A stretch of 39,237 bases of DNA from Deltaproteobacteria bacterium (lineage in GTDB: Bacteria > Desulfobacterota > Deferrimicrobia > Deferrimicrobiales > Deferrimicrobiaceae). Shown here one piece after another: positions 1 to 7,610 of the stretch; the first letter of the stretch is position 1, and every line of letters starts with the position of its first letter. The notes beneath the pieces are model-generated. The model had not been told where the DNA came from, did no database searches, and was given only the letters and a program-made list of their open reading frames with translations. The stretch lies in the NCBI GenBank assembly GCA_037439645.1, contig JBBIVQ010000026.1:1-39237 (forward strand), given 5' to 3'. The position numbers were made by a program, and so were the translations under genes.

Positions 1-551
1 GGCAAGGTCTGCGTCCGCGTCGCCTCGGCGTACGAGTAGTTCGAAGCGCCCATCACCGCCACGAAGATCTGCGCGTCGAAGAGGATCTCTCCCGTGCGGC
101 GGTCCAGGATCGGCACCGTCGGACCGGAGTAGTCGACGAACAGCTTCTCGCCGGCCCGGTGATCCTGCCGCATCACCAGGTCGACCTTGCCGTGCCAGGC
201 ATGGTACAGATCGCAGAACCAGCTGTACCGATACCCCTGCGGGTGGGTATCCCGGTACTCCTCCCACAGCAGGGCCAGGGTGACCCCCTTGCGCTTGAGT
301 TCCTGATGGATGTGCGCCCAGACCGGGACGGGGCGGTCCGAGACGGCGACGACGGGCAGCGGGGGAAACAGGAGGCGTTCCAGAGCCGCGTCGTCAAGCT
401 CGGACGATAGCGGCCAGGACAGCCCCGCCAGGGCAAACCGGTGAAGGTACTCCCCGACGGTGCTACGTGCGATCGAGCAACTGCGGGCGATCTGTCGGTC
501 CGAAAGCCCGCAGGCGAACTTGAGTCGAAACACTTCGTGGATCTTGCGCAT
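1..551 (-). CDS. istA: IS21-family transposase IstA, N-terminal ~183 aa; gene runs off the window start
   Basis: Reverse-strand translation from ATG at 551 gives MRKIHEVFRLKFACGLSDRQIARSCSIARSTVGEYLHRF...LLWEEY...YRYSWFCDLY...KLFVDYSG, the characteristic IstA N-terminus (HTH plus start of DDE region). The ORF has no stop before the window edge, so it is absent from the ORF track. Confidence 0.8.
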   Translation of the reverse strand, partial: MRKIHEVFRLKFACGLSDRQIARSCSIARSTVGEYLHRFALAGLSWPLSSELDDAALERLLFPPLPVVAVSDRPVPVWAHIHQELKRKGVTLALLWEEYRDTHPQGYRYSWFCDLYHAWHGKVDLVMRQDHRAGEKLFVDYSGPTVPILDRRTGEILFDAQIFVAVMGASNYSYAEATRTQTL

Positions 552-699
552 GGACAATCTCTCCGTCGGCATCCTTTGCCTCCCCCGGGGTTGTTGGGAA
601 AGACGAAAGGATACTCCGACAATCGTTGTCCAGCGTCGGATCGGACGACGGAAGGATCGTCAGGGGAAATCGGCCGTCGCATTCCGGCGACATCGGCCA

Positions 700-821
700 A
701 AGTGGCCGGGATGCTGCCGGATCAGGTGGCCGACTTCCACCGGAACGGGTGGCCGGGATCGACCGGAATGGGTGGCCGGCTTCCCACCGGAATCAGTGGC
801 CGGAATGGACCGGAATACGCA
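700..821. repeat. Tandem ~24-bp repeats (CCGGAAT(G/C)GGTGGCCGG...) x3-4 plus partial copies; probable IstA-binding multi-repeat IS terminus
   Basis: Seen directly: ccggaacgggtggccgggatcga / ccggaatgggtggccggcttccca / ccggaatcagtggccggaatgga / ccggaatacgca, preceded by aagtggccggg and caggtggccgac. Confidence 0.6.
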
Positions 822-844
822 GATGGACTCAGACGCTGTCCGCC

Positions 845-1999
845 TCACGATCTGCTCTGGCGGAGGTGATCGAGGAAGGAAGGAAGATCGCAGGAAATCC
901 GGCGTCCAGAACCGCTCAGTTGACAAGTCTGCGAAACCAGGAAGCGCCGCGACGCCTTGACCAGGTCGGCCGTCTTGTCCAACCGGGCCATATCTTCGGG
1001 GCCTGGAGAAGACGTCAGCTTAATCTCGACGGCCCATCGTTCCTTCCCGAAGTCCAGCACGAGATCGAGCTCGTATTGATCGCTGGTCCTGAAGTAGTAG
1101 GCATCGCAGGTCCGGCCTTCGGCCGAAAGCACCCCGAGCGCCTGTTCGATAACGTAGCCCTCCCAGCTCGCCCCCACCCATGGCTGGACAAACAAGGTTT
1201 TTTCGTCCGATACGTTCACCAAGGCATGAAGTAGTCCGCTATCCCGCCAGTAAACCTTGGGCGTCTTGACCAACCGTTTCCTGAGATTCGCCTGGTACGG
1301 CGGCAACCTCCGGATCAGGAAGGCTCCAACGAGATAATCAAGATAGCTGTTGACCGTCTGGTAGGACAGGCCGAGACTTTGACCCACCTGCGAAGCGTTC
1401 CATGTCTGGCCGTTCAACGCGGCAAGCATGCGCAGCAAGCGATCCGTCGTCTGCGGCTTGGCTGGTAGTCCCCAGGTCGGCAGGTCACGCTGAGACAAAA
1501 GCGACAAGTAATCCCGTTGCCATCGCGGAAATCGCTCCGGCTCCAGTACGCCTCCGTCCGGATAGCCGCCGCAAAGCCACCGTCTACCCTGAGACCCCTT
1601 CGCTTTCAACTCGCTTAGGAGAAAGGGTGTCAGCTCCACCACCGACAACCGACCTGCCAGCGACTCCGACACCTGCGCCATAAGCGAGGGCGAGACGGAT
1701 CCCAAGAGCAAAAAACGACCGGTGCGCGTGCGGTTCCGGTCAACTGCTCCGCGCAGCCGGGGAAATATTTCGGGCCAGGATTGGGCCTCGTCCAGGATGA
1801 CCAGATGCTTCCGGGCAATGAGCCCGTCCCATTCGAGGTCGAGACGCAGGCGTTCAGGCGGCTGTTCCAGGTCGAAATAATCCCCGTCGATCATCCGCGC
1901 CAAGGTGGTCTTGCCGCATTGGCGCGGCCCGACGAGCGACACGGCCGGATAGGCCTCCAAACGCTTCAGAACAAGCTCTTGTGCCGTCCGCAAGATCAT
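845..1999 (-). CDS. AAA family ATPase with DUF4143 C-terminal domain (COG1373-type ATP-binding protein)
   Basis: 384-aa ORF with Walker A GPRQCGKTTLA near the N-terminus and DUF4143-like C-terminal half. TATAAT box 8 nt upstream of ATG suggests a leaderless mRNA. The IS21 end lies 23 bp past its stop. Confidence 0.75.
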   Translation of the reverse strand: MILRTAQELVLKRLEAYPAVSLVGPRQCGKTTLARMIDGDYFDLEQPPERLRLDLEWDGLIARKHLVILDEAQSWPEIFPRLRGAVDRNRTRTGRFLLLGSVSPSLMAQVSESLAGRLSVVELTPFLLSELKAKGSQGRRWLCGGYPDGGVLEPERFPRWQRDYLSLLSQRDLPTWGLPAKPQTTDRLLRMLAALNGQTWNASQVGQSLGLSYQTVNSYLDYLVGAFLIRRLPPYQANLRKRLVKTPKVYWRDSGLLHALVNVSDEKTLFVQPWVGASWEGYVIEQALGVLSAEGRTCDAYYFRTSDQYELDLVLDFGKERWAVEIKLTSSPGPEDMARLDKTADLVKASRRFLVSQTCQLSGSGRRISCDLPSFLDHLRQSRS

Positions 2000-2242
2000 A
2001 TCTTGTATTATAGAAATAAATATCTAATTTGCAATACTCTTTCTTCAATCGGCGGGTGGCATTACGGTCAAAGCCCCAACCCACTGTCGCTCTCGGCCAT
2101 CCATGGCCGGACAGCATCGGGGGGTCCTGCTGCGGAACAGGATGAACTCCTCCCGGGTCGAAAGAAGCCGGACGGGGGATTTTTCGGCCCCCCGTCCGGC
2201 GCGCGGGCCCGCCTTCGCGGACCGCCGGTTCCTGCGATCCGT

Positions 2243-3604
2243 TCAGTCGATCCACACCCCGTCTCCCGATCCGCTCCGGAAGTCGGACCACATCGTCGTG
2301 CCGGCCGCCGTGCCGTCCGTCGTCCAGAGCTCGAATCCGGTGGCACCGTCCGTGGCGGTGAACCAAAGCCTGTCGAACGTCCCGGACTGATACCCGAAGG
2401 GAGAACGGAAGAGATTGGGGAGCGGCCAGGAACCTGCCGCCCCCGGGTTGATGTCCTTGACCAGGACGGTACCCGCCGCCGTGCCGCCCGTCTCCCAGAG
2501 CTCAGACCCGTTCGTCCCGTCGTTTGCCGAGAAATACAGCTTGCCATTCAGGGATGCAAATTTCCCGGGATCGGAACCATAGAAGCACCACTCGTGGTTC
2601 CCCATGAAGTCCTTCCGGGTGAGCACCGGGTGCTCCTTGACCCAGATGATCGCCTGGGAGAAGTAGAGCTTGACCTCCTTTAGGACCGGGGGATTGTTTC
2701 CGCAGTTGGCGTACCCGCCCCAGATGTAGAAGCCACGCCCGGGCTCCAGCACGCGCGCGATGTTGCCGAACCACGCACGCAGGAGCTTGTCGAACTCCTC
2801 GTCGGAGACGAAGTCGTTGGCAAGCGGTCGGTCCTTCGGCCGCAGCTTCTTGTGGGTCGCCTTCGCCTTGGTCTTGTGGCGCGCGAGGTCGAATCCCTGA
2901 TGATGCATCCCCTGCGCATCCGAAGCCTCGATTGCGTCCCCTCCCCCGAACGACGATAGCCCCGCCGCGATCGCGTTGTTGCTGCGGGGCTCGACCTTGA
3001 CGTTGTACGGCGGATCGGTGTTGACCAGGTGAATCGATGCGCCGGCCAGGAGATAATCCACGTCGGCCGCATTGCCGGAGTCGCCGCACAGGAGCCGGTG
3101 GTCGCCCAGGATCCAAAGATCGCCGGGCTGGGTGATCGCCTCGTCCGGCGGCTCCGGGACATCATCGGGATCGGTGAGCCCCGCCGTTCCCACGATTCCC
3201 TTGGCGAGCACCTCGGCGATCTCGTCGTCCTCGAAGCCGGTAAGATCGAGATCGAAGTCGGCGTCTTTCAAGTCGGAGAGTTCGAGGGAGAGCAGCTCCG
3301 CGCCCCACTCCGAATCCTCGTGGGAGCGGTTGTCCATGATCCGGTACGCCTTGATCTGCTCGGGCGAAAGACCCTCGGCCACGTGGACCGGGATCTTCTC
3401 CAGCCCGAGCTCCAGTGCCGCCAGGTACCGAGTGTGTCCGACGACGATGGTCATTTCGCTGTCGACGACGATCGGCTGGCGGAACCCGAACTCCCGGATA
3501 CTGGCGGCGACTTTGGCGACAGCATCTTGGTTTTTCCGGGGGTTACGGGCGTACGGGACCACCTTGGACGGATGCACCAGGACGACCTTCACATGGCCTC
3601 CCAA
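2243..3604 (-). CDS. Chimeric, probably inactive ParB-like nuclease domain fused to a truncated beta-class N6A/N4C DNA methyltransferase and a C-terminal ELWxxDGT repeat fragment
   Basis: N-terminus VKVVLVHPSKVVPYARNPRKN...IVVGHTRYLAA (ParB/Srx fold). MTase motifs HRLLCGDS...NTDPPYN and IIWVKEH...HEWCFYG are present. The C-terminal AdoMet motif I (DPFxGxGTT), present in the other MTase of this window, is missing. It is replaced by two ELWxxDGT-type repeats (GSELWETGGTAAGTVLVKDINPG...FELWTTDGTAAGT). Start uses TTG at 3604 (alternative GTG at 3589). Confidence 0.6.
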   Translation of the reverse strand: MGGHVKVVLVHPSKVVPYARNPRKNQDAVAKVAASIREFGFRQPIVVDSEMTIVVGHTRYLAALELGLEKIPVHVAEGLSPEQIKAYRIMDNRSHEDSEWGAELLSLELSDLKDADFDLDLTGFEDDEIAEVLAKGIVGTAGLTDPDDVPEPPDEAITQPGDLWILGDHRLLCGDSGNAADVDYLLAGASIHLVNTDPPYNVKVEPRSNNAIAAGLSSFGGGDAIEASDAQGMHHQGFDLARHKTKAKATHKKLRPKDRPLANDFVSDEEFDKLLRAWFGNIARVLEPGRGFYIWGGYANCGNNPPVLKEVKLYFSQAIIWVKEHPVLTRKDFMGNHEWCFYGSDPGKFASLNGKLYFSANDGTNGSELWETGGTAAGTVLVKDINPGAAGSWPLPNLFRSPFGYQSGTFDRLWFTATDGATGFELWTTDGTAAGTTMWSDFRSGSGDGVWID

Positions 3605-3708
3605 GCGAAGCGAAATCGAAAAAAAGTTTTTGTGGCTAAAAAGAAACCGCGGTCGCGCGTCACCCGCTTCCGATAGGCCCCGGAAGTACCTATGGGCCGT
3701 AGATCAGA

Positions 3709-4389
3709 TCAGCGGCGTGCGGTTTCGAGCGAGTCTTTGAGAGCAGCCGCAAAGATTTTTCCGTAGACCTTCTTCACGACAGCGATGCCGGTCTTGACGA
3801 ACTGCCACCGCGCCTCGATTTGTGCGCTCTTCTCGAACGCATACATGGCCTTGATGGTGGACGACTTCCCGCGCCCCTTGCGCTGGAAGAGCATCGGGCC
3901 GCTCTTGGTCTTCCAGATGATGAACGAACGCTTGAGCGCTTTGGGTTTCTGGCCCGCGGGGATCAGGTCCTTCTTCGTGCGCTTGACGCCTTCCTGCGGG
4001 ACGGCCAGGTATTCCTTGTTCGGGAGCTTGAGGCCCCCTTCCTCGTGGCGAAGCATCCACGGCGCGCGAGAGAAGACCTCTGCACTCAGGTCGTCTTTGG
4101 TCGCCGCCTTCCGGTTGATCCCGAACTTGTAGCCGGGTTGGAGCCAGCTCTTCCGGATCGTGAACACGTCCCGCGTGCGCGCGAGAATCGCATCCTGCGC
4201 GGATTCCGCGGAACGTGTAAGCGTCACCGCCGTCGCGTACCGAAGTTGCTTCGGGAGATTGCGGATTTTCGTGACCCAGACGTCGAGCCCGTGCAGGGTG
4301 ATGTTGAGGTCCACGTCGCCCCCAAAGACAAAGGCCGGATCTCCTGGTGAGGAAACCCGGCCTTCGTGCGGGAGAACGTCTCCCGACAT
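3709..4389 (-). CDS. Phage-like hypothetical protein; weak resemblance to lambda gpZ / HK97 gp10-type tail-completion proteins
   Basis: 226-aa ORF; segment GLDVWVTKIRNLPKQLRYATAVTLTRSAESA...RKAATKDDL...LAVPQEG matches the pattern of the lambda Z N-terminal region (GLEQAVENLSRISKTAVPGAAAMAINRVASSA...). Judged from memory only. No SD before ATG 4389; an internal GTG start is possible. Confidence 0.35.
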   Translation of the reverse strand: MSGDVLPHEGRVSSPGDPAFVFGGDVDLNITLHGLDVWVTKIRNLPKQLRYATAVTLTRSAESAQDAILARTRDVFTIRKSWLQPGYKFGINRKAATKDDLSAEVFSRAPWMLRHEEGGLKLPNKEYLAVPQEGVKRTKKDLIPAGQKPKALKRSFIIWKTKSGPMLFQRKGRGKSSTIKAMYAFEKSAQIEARWQFVKTGIAVVKKVYGKIFAAALKDSLETARR

Positions 4390-4533
4390 TTCAACCAGTG
4401 TAGCTCAAATCTACACGATCCCTGGGGGGATCAGGAAGGGGTCAAAATGGACCAGTGAGCCATGTGCTCAACAGTACTTCTCGTCTGTGGACGATAAGAG
4501 CTGACTCCAGGAGCCACTGGCCCGGTCCTCGGC

Positions 4534-4680
4534 TCAGCCCATCCCGATGCACGACAGACAGAGCATGCTGGCGTTGAACAACACTTCTCCCATCTCTTCA
4601 CGAACGACCCCAATTACGACAAGGGCAGTTGCCAGAAACATCGAGACCGCAAACACAACGACCCGGATGCGGACGTTCAC
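4534..4680 (-). CDS. Possible small hydrophobic membrane peptide (48 aa), GTG start overlapping the stop of the dehydratase gene (GTGA)
   Basis: RC translation VNVRIRVVVFAVSMFLATALVVIGVVREEMGEVLFNASMLCLSCIGMG; translational-coupling geometry; no homology assessable. Confidence 0.2.
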   Translation of the reverse strand: MNVRIRVVVFAVSMFLATALVVIGVVREEMGEVLFNASMLCLSCIGMG

Positions 4681-5954
4681 CGGATCATCTCCAGGAACGC
4701 TCCCACCCGCGTCTTCAGTTGGCCGGCGTCCTGAGCGCTATAGTCGGTCTCGATCCGAAGAAACGGAATGCCCTCCAATTTCAGTTTCCGCTCGGCCCGG
4801 AGCGCCTCCATCGCATACGGGGTGCAGAACTGGAGGGCGTAGTGCATGACACCGTGGGCCTTCAGCGATTCCTTCATCCGGCGAATGTTGGCGAGCCGGT
4901 TGTCGTTGGGGGTGAAACACGCGCAGTCGATGCCGAGGTATCGCTCCGCAATCCGGTCGAATCCTTCGTGGACCGTCGAGAAATCCTCGTCGAGAAGATC
5001 CCGGTGGTTCCGCTCGCCCACGCACGATTCCTCGCCGACGACCACCGCGCCGGCGTCTTCGATGATGCTGTGCATCTTCCAATTCGGGATCGCCATCGGA
5101 GAGCCGGATATCAGGACTCGAGTGACGCCCTTCGGGGCGACACCGACACCCTGCTTCACGCGCTCGTCGAGTTCGTCGCAAAGCCTGTTTGTCATCTCGG
5201 TAAAGCGCGCAGGATCGTCGTAGAACGAGATCTGGTTGACCAACAATGCATCAAGACCCGAGATGGGGGCCGGGTCGGCCGCCCGGAGGCGGCTGAGGCG
5301 CTGCAACGCCTTCCGTTTGCCGTTGACGAGTCTGGCGCCCTCTCGCAATCTCTCGACTGTAAGCGGCATCCCCGAGATCGCTGTCATCTTCTCGCCGAAG
5401 CGCGCCACTTCCGCGCGCCACAGCGCACGGCTTTCCTTGTTCTTCATGCTGGGAAGCTCCATCACGTACATCTTCCCCGTGATCTCGCTGAAGCTTTCGT
5501 ACGCCTTTTTCTTCCCGTCGCACGTGGTTTCCCCCACGATCAGGTCGGTCGCCTCCACGTAGGGGCAAAGCCCCGCCAGCTTGAATCCCATGAACGCCTT
5601 GATGAGGGCGCACGTGTTTGTCGGGATATACTTTTCCGCCTCGGCTGTGCCGACGTCCGCTCCGGCGCAAAGCCCAACGCTAATGCCGCCAGCGGCGAGA
5701 ACGATCTCCTCGGGCACGTAGACGCAGAATGTTCCGACGACCTTGCGGCCTTGCGCCTTCGCATCCATGATTTCCTTCACCCGCAGGCCGTGCACCTCCG
5801 AGATCACGAAGTCGAAATACTTCATCCCCTCCGGACGATTCTTCTGCGACAGATAGATGCTCGTGTAGGCTTCCGAAAGGACGTTTAGCAATCCGGCATG
5901 GGGTTCGAGGTTGAGTCCGAGCCCTCGCCACATTTCCGTGTATTCGGCAGTCAT
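4677..5954 (-). CDS. 2-hydroxyacyl-CoA dehydratase family protein (HgdB/BcrC/BadD-like component)
   Basis: 425-aa ORF with conserved Cys-containing blocks (GTFCVYVP, GETTCDGKKK, GEESCVGERN, LQFCTPY) typical of the 2-hydroxyglutaryl-CoA dehydratase D-component family; AAGGAGA SD 6 nt upstream of ATG. Confidence 0.75.
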   Translation of the reverse strand: MTAEYTEMWRGLGLNLEPHAGLLNVLSEAYTSIYLSQKNRPEGMKYFDFVISEVHGLRVKEIMDAKAQGRKVVGTFCVYVPEEIVLAAGGISVGLCAGADVGTAEAEKYIPTNTCALIKAFMGFKLAGLCPYVEATDLIVGETTCDGKKKAYESFSEITGKMYVMELPSMKNKESRALWRAEVARFGEKMTAISGMPLTVERLREGARLVNGKRKALQRLSRLRAADPAPISGLDALLVNQISFYDDPARFTEMTNRLCDELDERVKQGVGVAPKGVTRVLISGSPMAIPNWKMHSIIEDAGAVVVGEESCVGERNHRDLLDEDFSTVHEGFDRIAERYLGIDCACFTPNDNRLANIRRMKESLKAHGVMHYALQFCTPYAMEALRAERKLKLEGIPFLRIETDYSAQDAGQLKTRVGAFLEMIR

Positions 5955-5978
5955 CGGTTGTCTCCTTGATCGAAATGG

Positions 5979-6320
5979 TCACACGCTCATGACCTTCTTC
6001 GCCTCGCGCATCGCCGCGAGGATGTCCGGCATTCCCTTGACGGTTCCCACCGCTACCTGGTCCAGCAGGCCGAAATAGTCGAGACAGGTTCGGCACAGGA
6101 TCAGCTCCGTCCCGGTCTTCGACAGTCGGGACAGCGGTTCGAGCATCGGCGAGCCGGTGCAGGCAAGCTTAACCCCTTCGCCGTAGAACAGCAGTTTCCC
6201 CGGACGGCTATCCTCCTGTGCGAGAAGACCGAGGAAATTGACGGCGAGAATACGCTGGAGCTCGCCGGGAGCGTCTCCAAGTCCGTTCCGCGTGAACAGG
6301 ATAACCGCGTCCTTTTCCAT
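5979..6320 (-). CDS. DsrE/YchN-like sulfur-relay family protein
   Basis: MEKDAVILFTRNGLGDAPGE...LILCRTCLDYFGLL...GTVKGMPDILAAMREAKKVMSV closely parallels E. coli YchN (..VKLCKTCTDGRGI...GTLVELAQWTLSADKVLTF). GGAGG SD 6 nt before ATG 6320; the ORF-track M at 6377 is judged an upstream extension. Confidence 0.6.
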   Translation of the reverse strand: MEKDAVILFTRNGLGDAPGELQRILAVNFLGLLAQEDSRPGKLLFYGEGVKLACTGSPMLEPLSRLSKTGTELILCRTCLDYFGLLDQVAVGTVKGMPDILAAMREAKKVMSV

Positions 6321-6750
6321 GACGGACCTCCGATCACGAATCTTCGCCTCGTCCGCCGGTGACAAACGAGGAAACACTGCCCACTTCCGTCCTCGGAAGG
6401 GGACTTCCGCAGACAGGAACTGGGGGGCTGCGAAAACTACCTGTTGTTCAGGGAAATAGGCGGTACGAAACGGTGAGCGGACAACCCGCTACAGACGCAT
6501 CGTCGAAGATTCCGGCCGAACGGAAGTGATCCCTGCCGGAATTTCCGTCGCCTGTCCCCGGAAAATGGATCTCCGCCGACCGGCGGAGCTGCCGTCAGAT
6601 CAACGCCGACGGCAAAGCGCGCAGAACGAATCCGGCATGGAAGTCACCTCCTTTCCGTGGAAAGGTGTCTTGACAATATAAATTTGCACCTTGAAGGGAA
6701 TAGACACAAGCAATGTGTCGGAATCCGCGCAATACTTACCACATCCATAA

Positions 6751-6960
6751 TCACGAACGCATCAGCATTCCGCAGGTCGGGCATCTCTTCACCCCCCTTT
6801 CCTCCACCCACGCCTTCAACGCTTCCGACGACACGTAAATCGTCGATCCTCGCCTCTTCGCCGGAAAATCCGGGTATCGTTTCAGATAACGCTTCACCGT
6901 GCTCACGCTCGCCCCGAGCGCATTCGCCACAGCCTTCTTACCAACGAGCCACTCACTCAA
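6751..6960 (-). CDS. AlpA/excisionase-like HTH_17 DNA-binding protein
   Basis: SEWLVGKKAVANALGASVSTVKRYLKRYPDFPAKRRGSTIYVSSEALKAWVEE fits the phage AlpA/Xis HTH pattern. TTG start at 6960 overlaps the upstream gene stop. Confidence 0.6.
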   Translation of the reverse strand: MSEWLVGKKAVANALGASVSTVKRYLKRYPDFPAKRRGSTIYVSSEALKAWVEERGVKRCPTCGMLMRS

Positions 6961-7261
6961 CGGAGTATCCTCCCTCTCGCAGCTCGCGCCGGAACTTCCG
7001 AATGTCCGAAGCGACCATTCCTCGAGCCTCCTCGGGAATGGATTCCCACCGCATACCGGATAAGAACGCCGCCATGTACCCGGAGCGGTCGCACCGCGTA
7101 ACGAGCACCGCGATGTCGACGCAGTACTGGAGCCGCTCGTTGGAGAAGTCGCACTTGATCGGAGCCGGAGGCTCCTTGCGATACTTGACGGTCGACGCTG
7201 CGTCGACCAGCGTCCGCAACTCCGCCGCCCGCATGAAGTGTCCCCGGGGTGAGCGCGGCAT
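6953..7261 (-). CDS. Hypothetical small protein (102 aa), first gene downstream of the ori-like region
   Basis: ORF only; no recognisable motif; coupled to the following HTH gene. Confidence 0.35.
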   Translation of the reverse strand: MPRSPRGHFMRAAELRTLVDAASTVKYRKEPPAPIKCDFSNERLQYCVDIAVLVTRCDRSGYMAAFLSGMRWESIPEEARGMVASDIRKFRRELREGGYSVE

Positions 7262-7299
7262 GTCAGCGGACCTCCCTTGCCGCCGGACGGGCCGGCAAA

Positions 7300-7610
7300 T
7301 TTTCTTTCTTTCTTTTCACCCCCTCCTCACACGCACGCGCATACACACGTACGCGGGCGCTCGCGCGCGCACGCGGGTGAAGGAAAGAAAGGAGAGAGCA
7401 GTAATTAATCCTTCTCTTGCGAGGTCCCGTGAAGGAAAGAAACATTCCTCTTCATATTCGATGGGTAGCTCATTTCGGTTTCCTTTCTTTCACCCGAGGT
7501 TTTTTTCATCCCCTTCCCCTTTCTTTCCCCTGCAACGGTTTTCCTTCACCCCGTTTCCTTCACCCGCCATCCGCTTTTCCTTCACCCTCCCCCGTTTCTT
7601 TCTCCCCTCT
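7300..7610. promoter_or_regulatory. Iteron-rich putative replication origin
   Basis: TTTCYTTCACCC motif at 7311-7322, 7485-7495, 7541-7551, 7554-7565, 7575-7587, with a degenerate copy at 7595-7607. Inverted copies GGGTGAAGGAAAG at 7375-7390 and 7428-7443. A 48-bp alternating purine/pyrimidine (CA/CG)n tract at 7327-7375 and AT-rich GTAATTAAT at 7401-7409. Located immediately 3' of, and overlapping the last codons of, the primase gene. Confidence 0.5.

Larger units (their letters stand above)
1..821 (-). mobile_element. IS21-family insertion sequence (partial); outer left end approximately at 821 (TG...-type terminus, reads ...TACGCA on + strand)
   Basis: istA plus ~270 bp upstream region carrying tandem terminal repeats; RC of 811-821 reads TGCGTATTCCGG, typical of IS21 ends (TG... 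with CCGG-containing repeats). Exact boundary uncertain (820-845). Confidence 0.55.

Noticed and set aside
700-821. Tandem GGTGGCCGG-containing repeats considered as a CRISPR array or independent iterons
   Set aside because: No regularly sized unique spacers. Units are directly adjacent and sit immediately upstream of an IS21 istA start, so they fit IS21 multi-repeat termini.
6640-6750. TTGACA…TATAAAT promoter-like sequence, perfect palindrome CCTTTCCgtGGAAAGG and GACACAagcaaTGTGTC inverted repeat
   Set aside because: Not called as a promoter: the -35/-10 spacing does not work for either strand's nearest gene. Retained only as a possible island boundary/att or recombinase-binding region inside the first finding.
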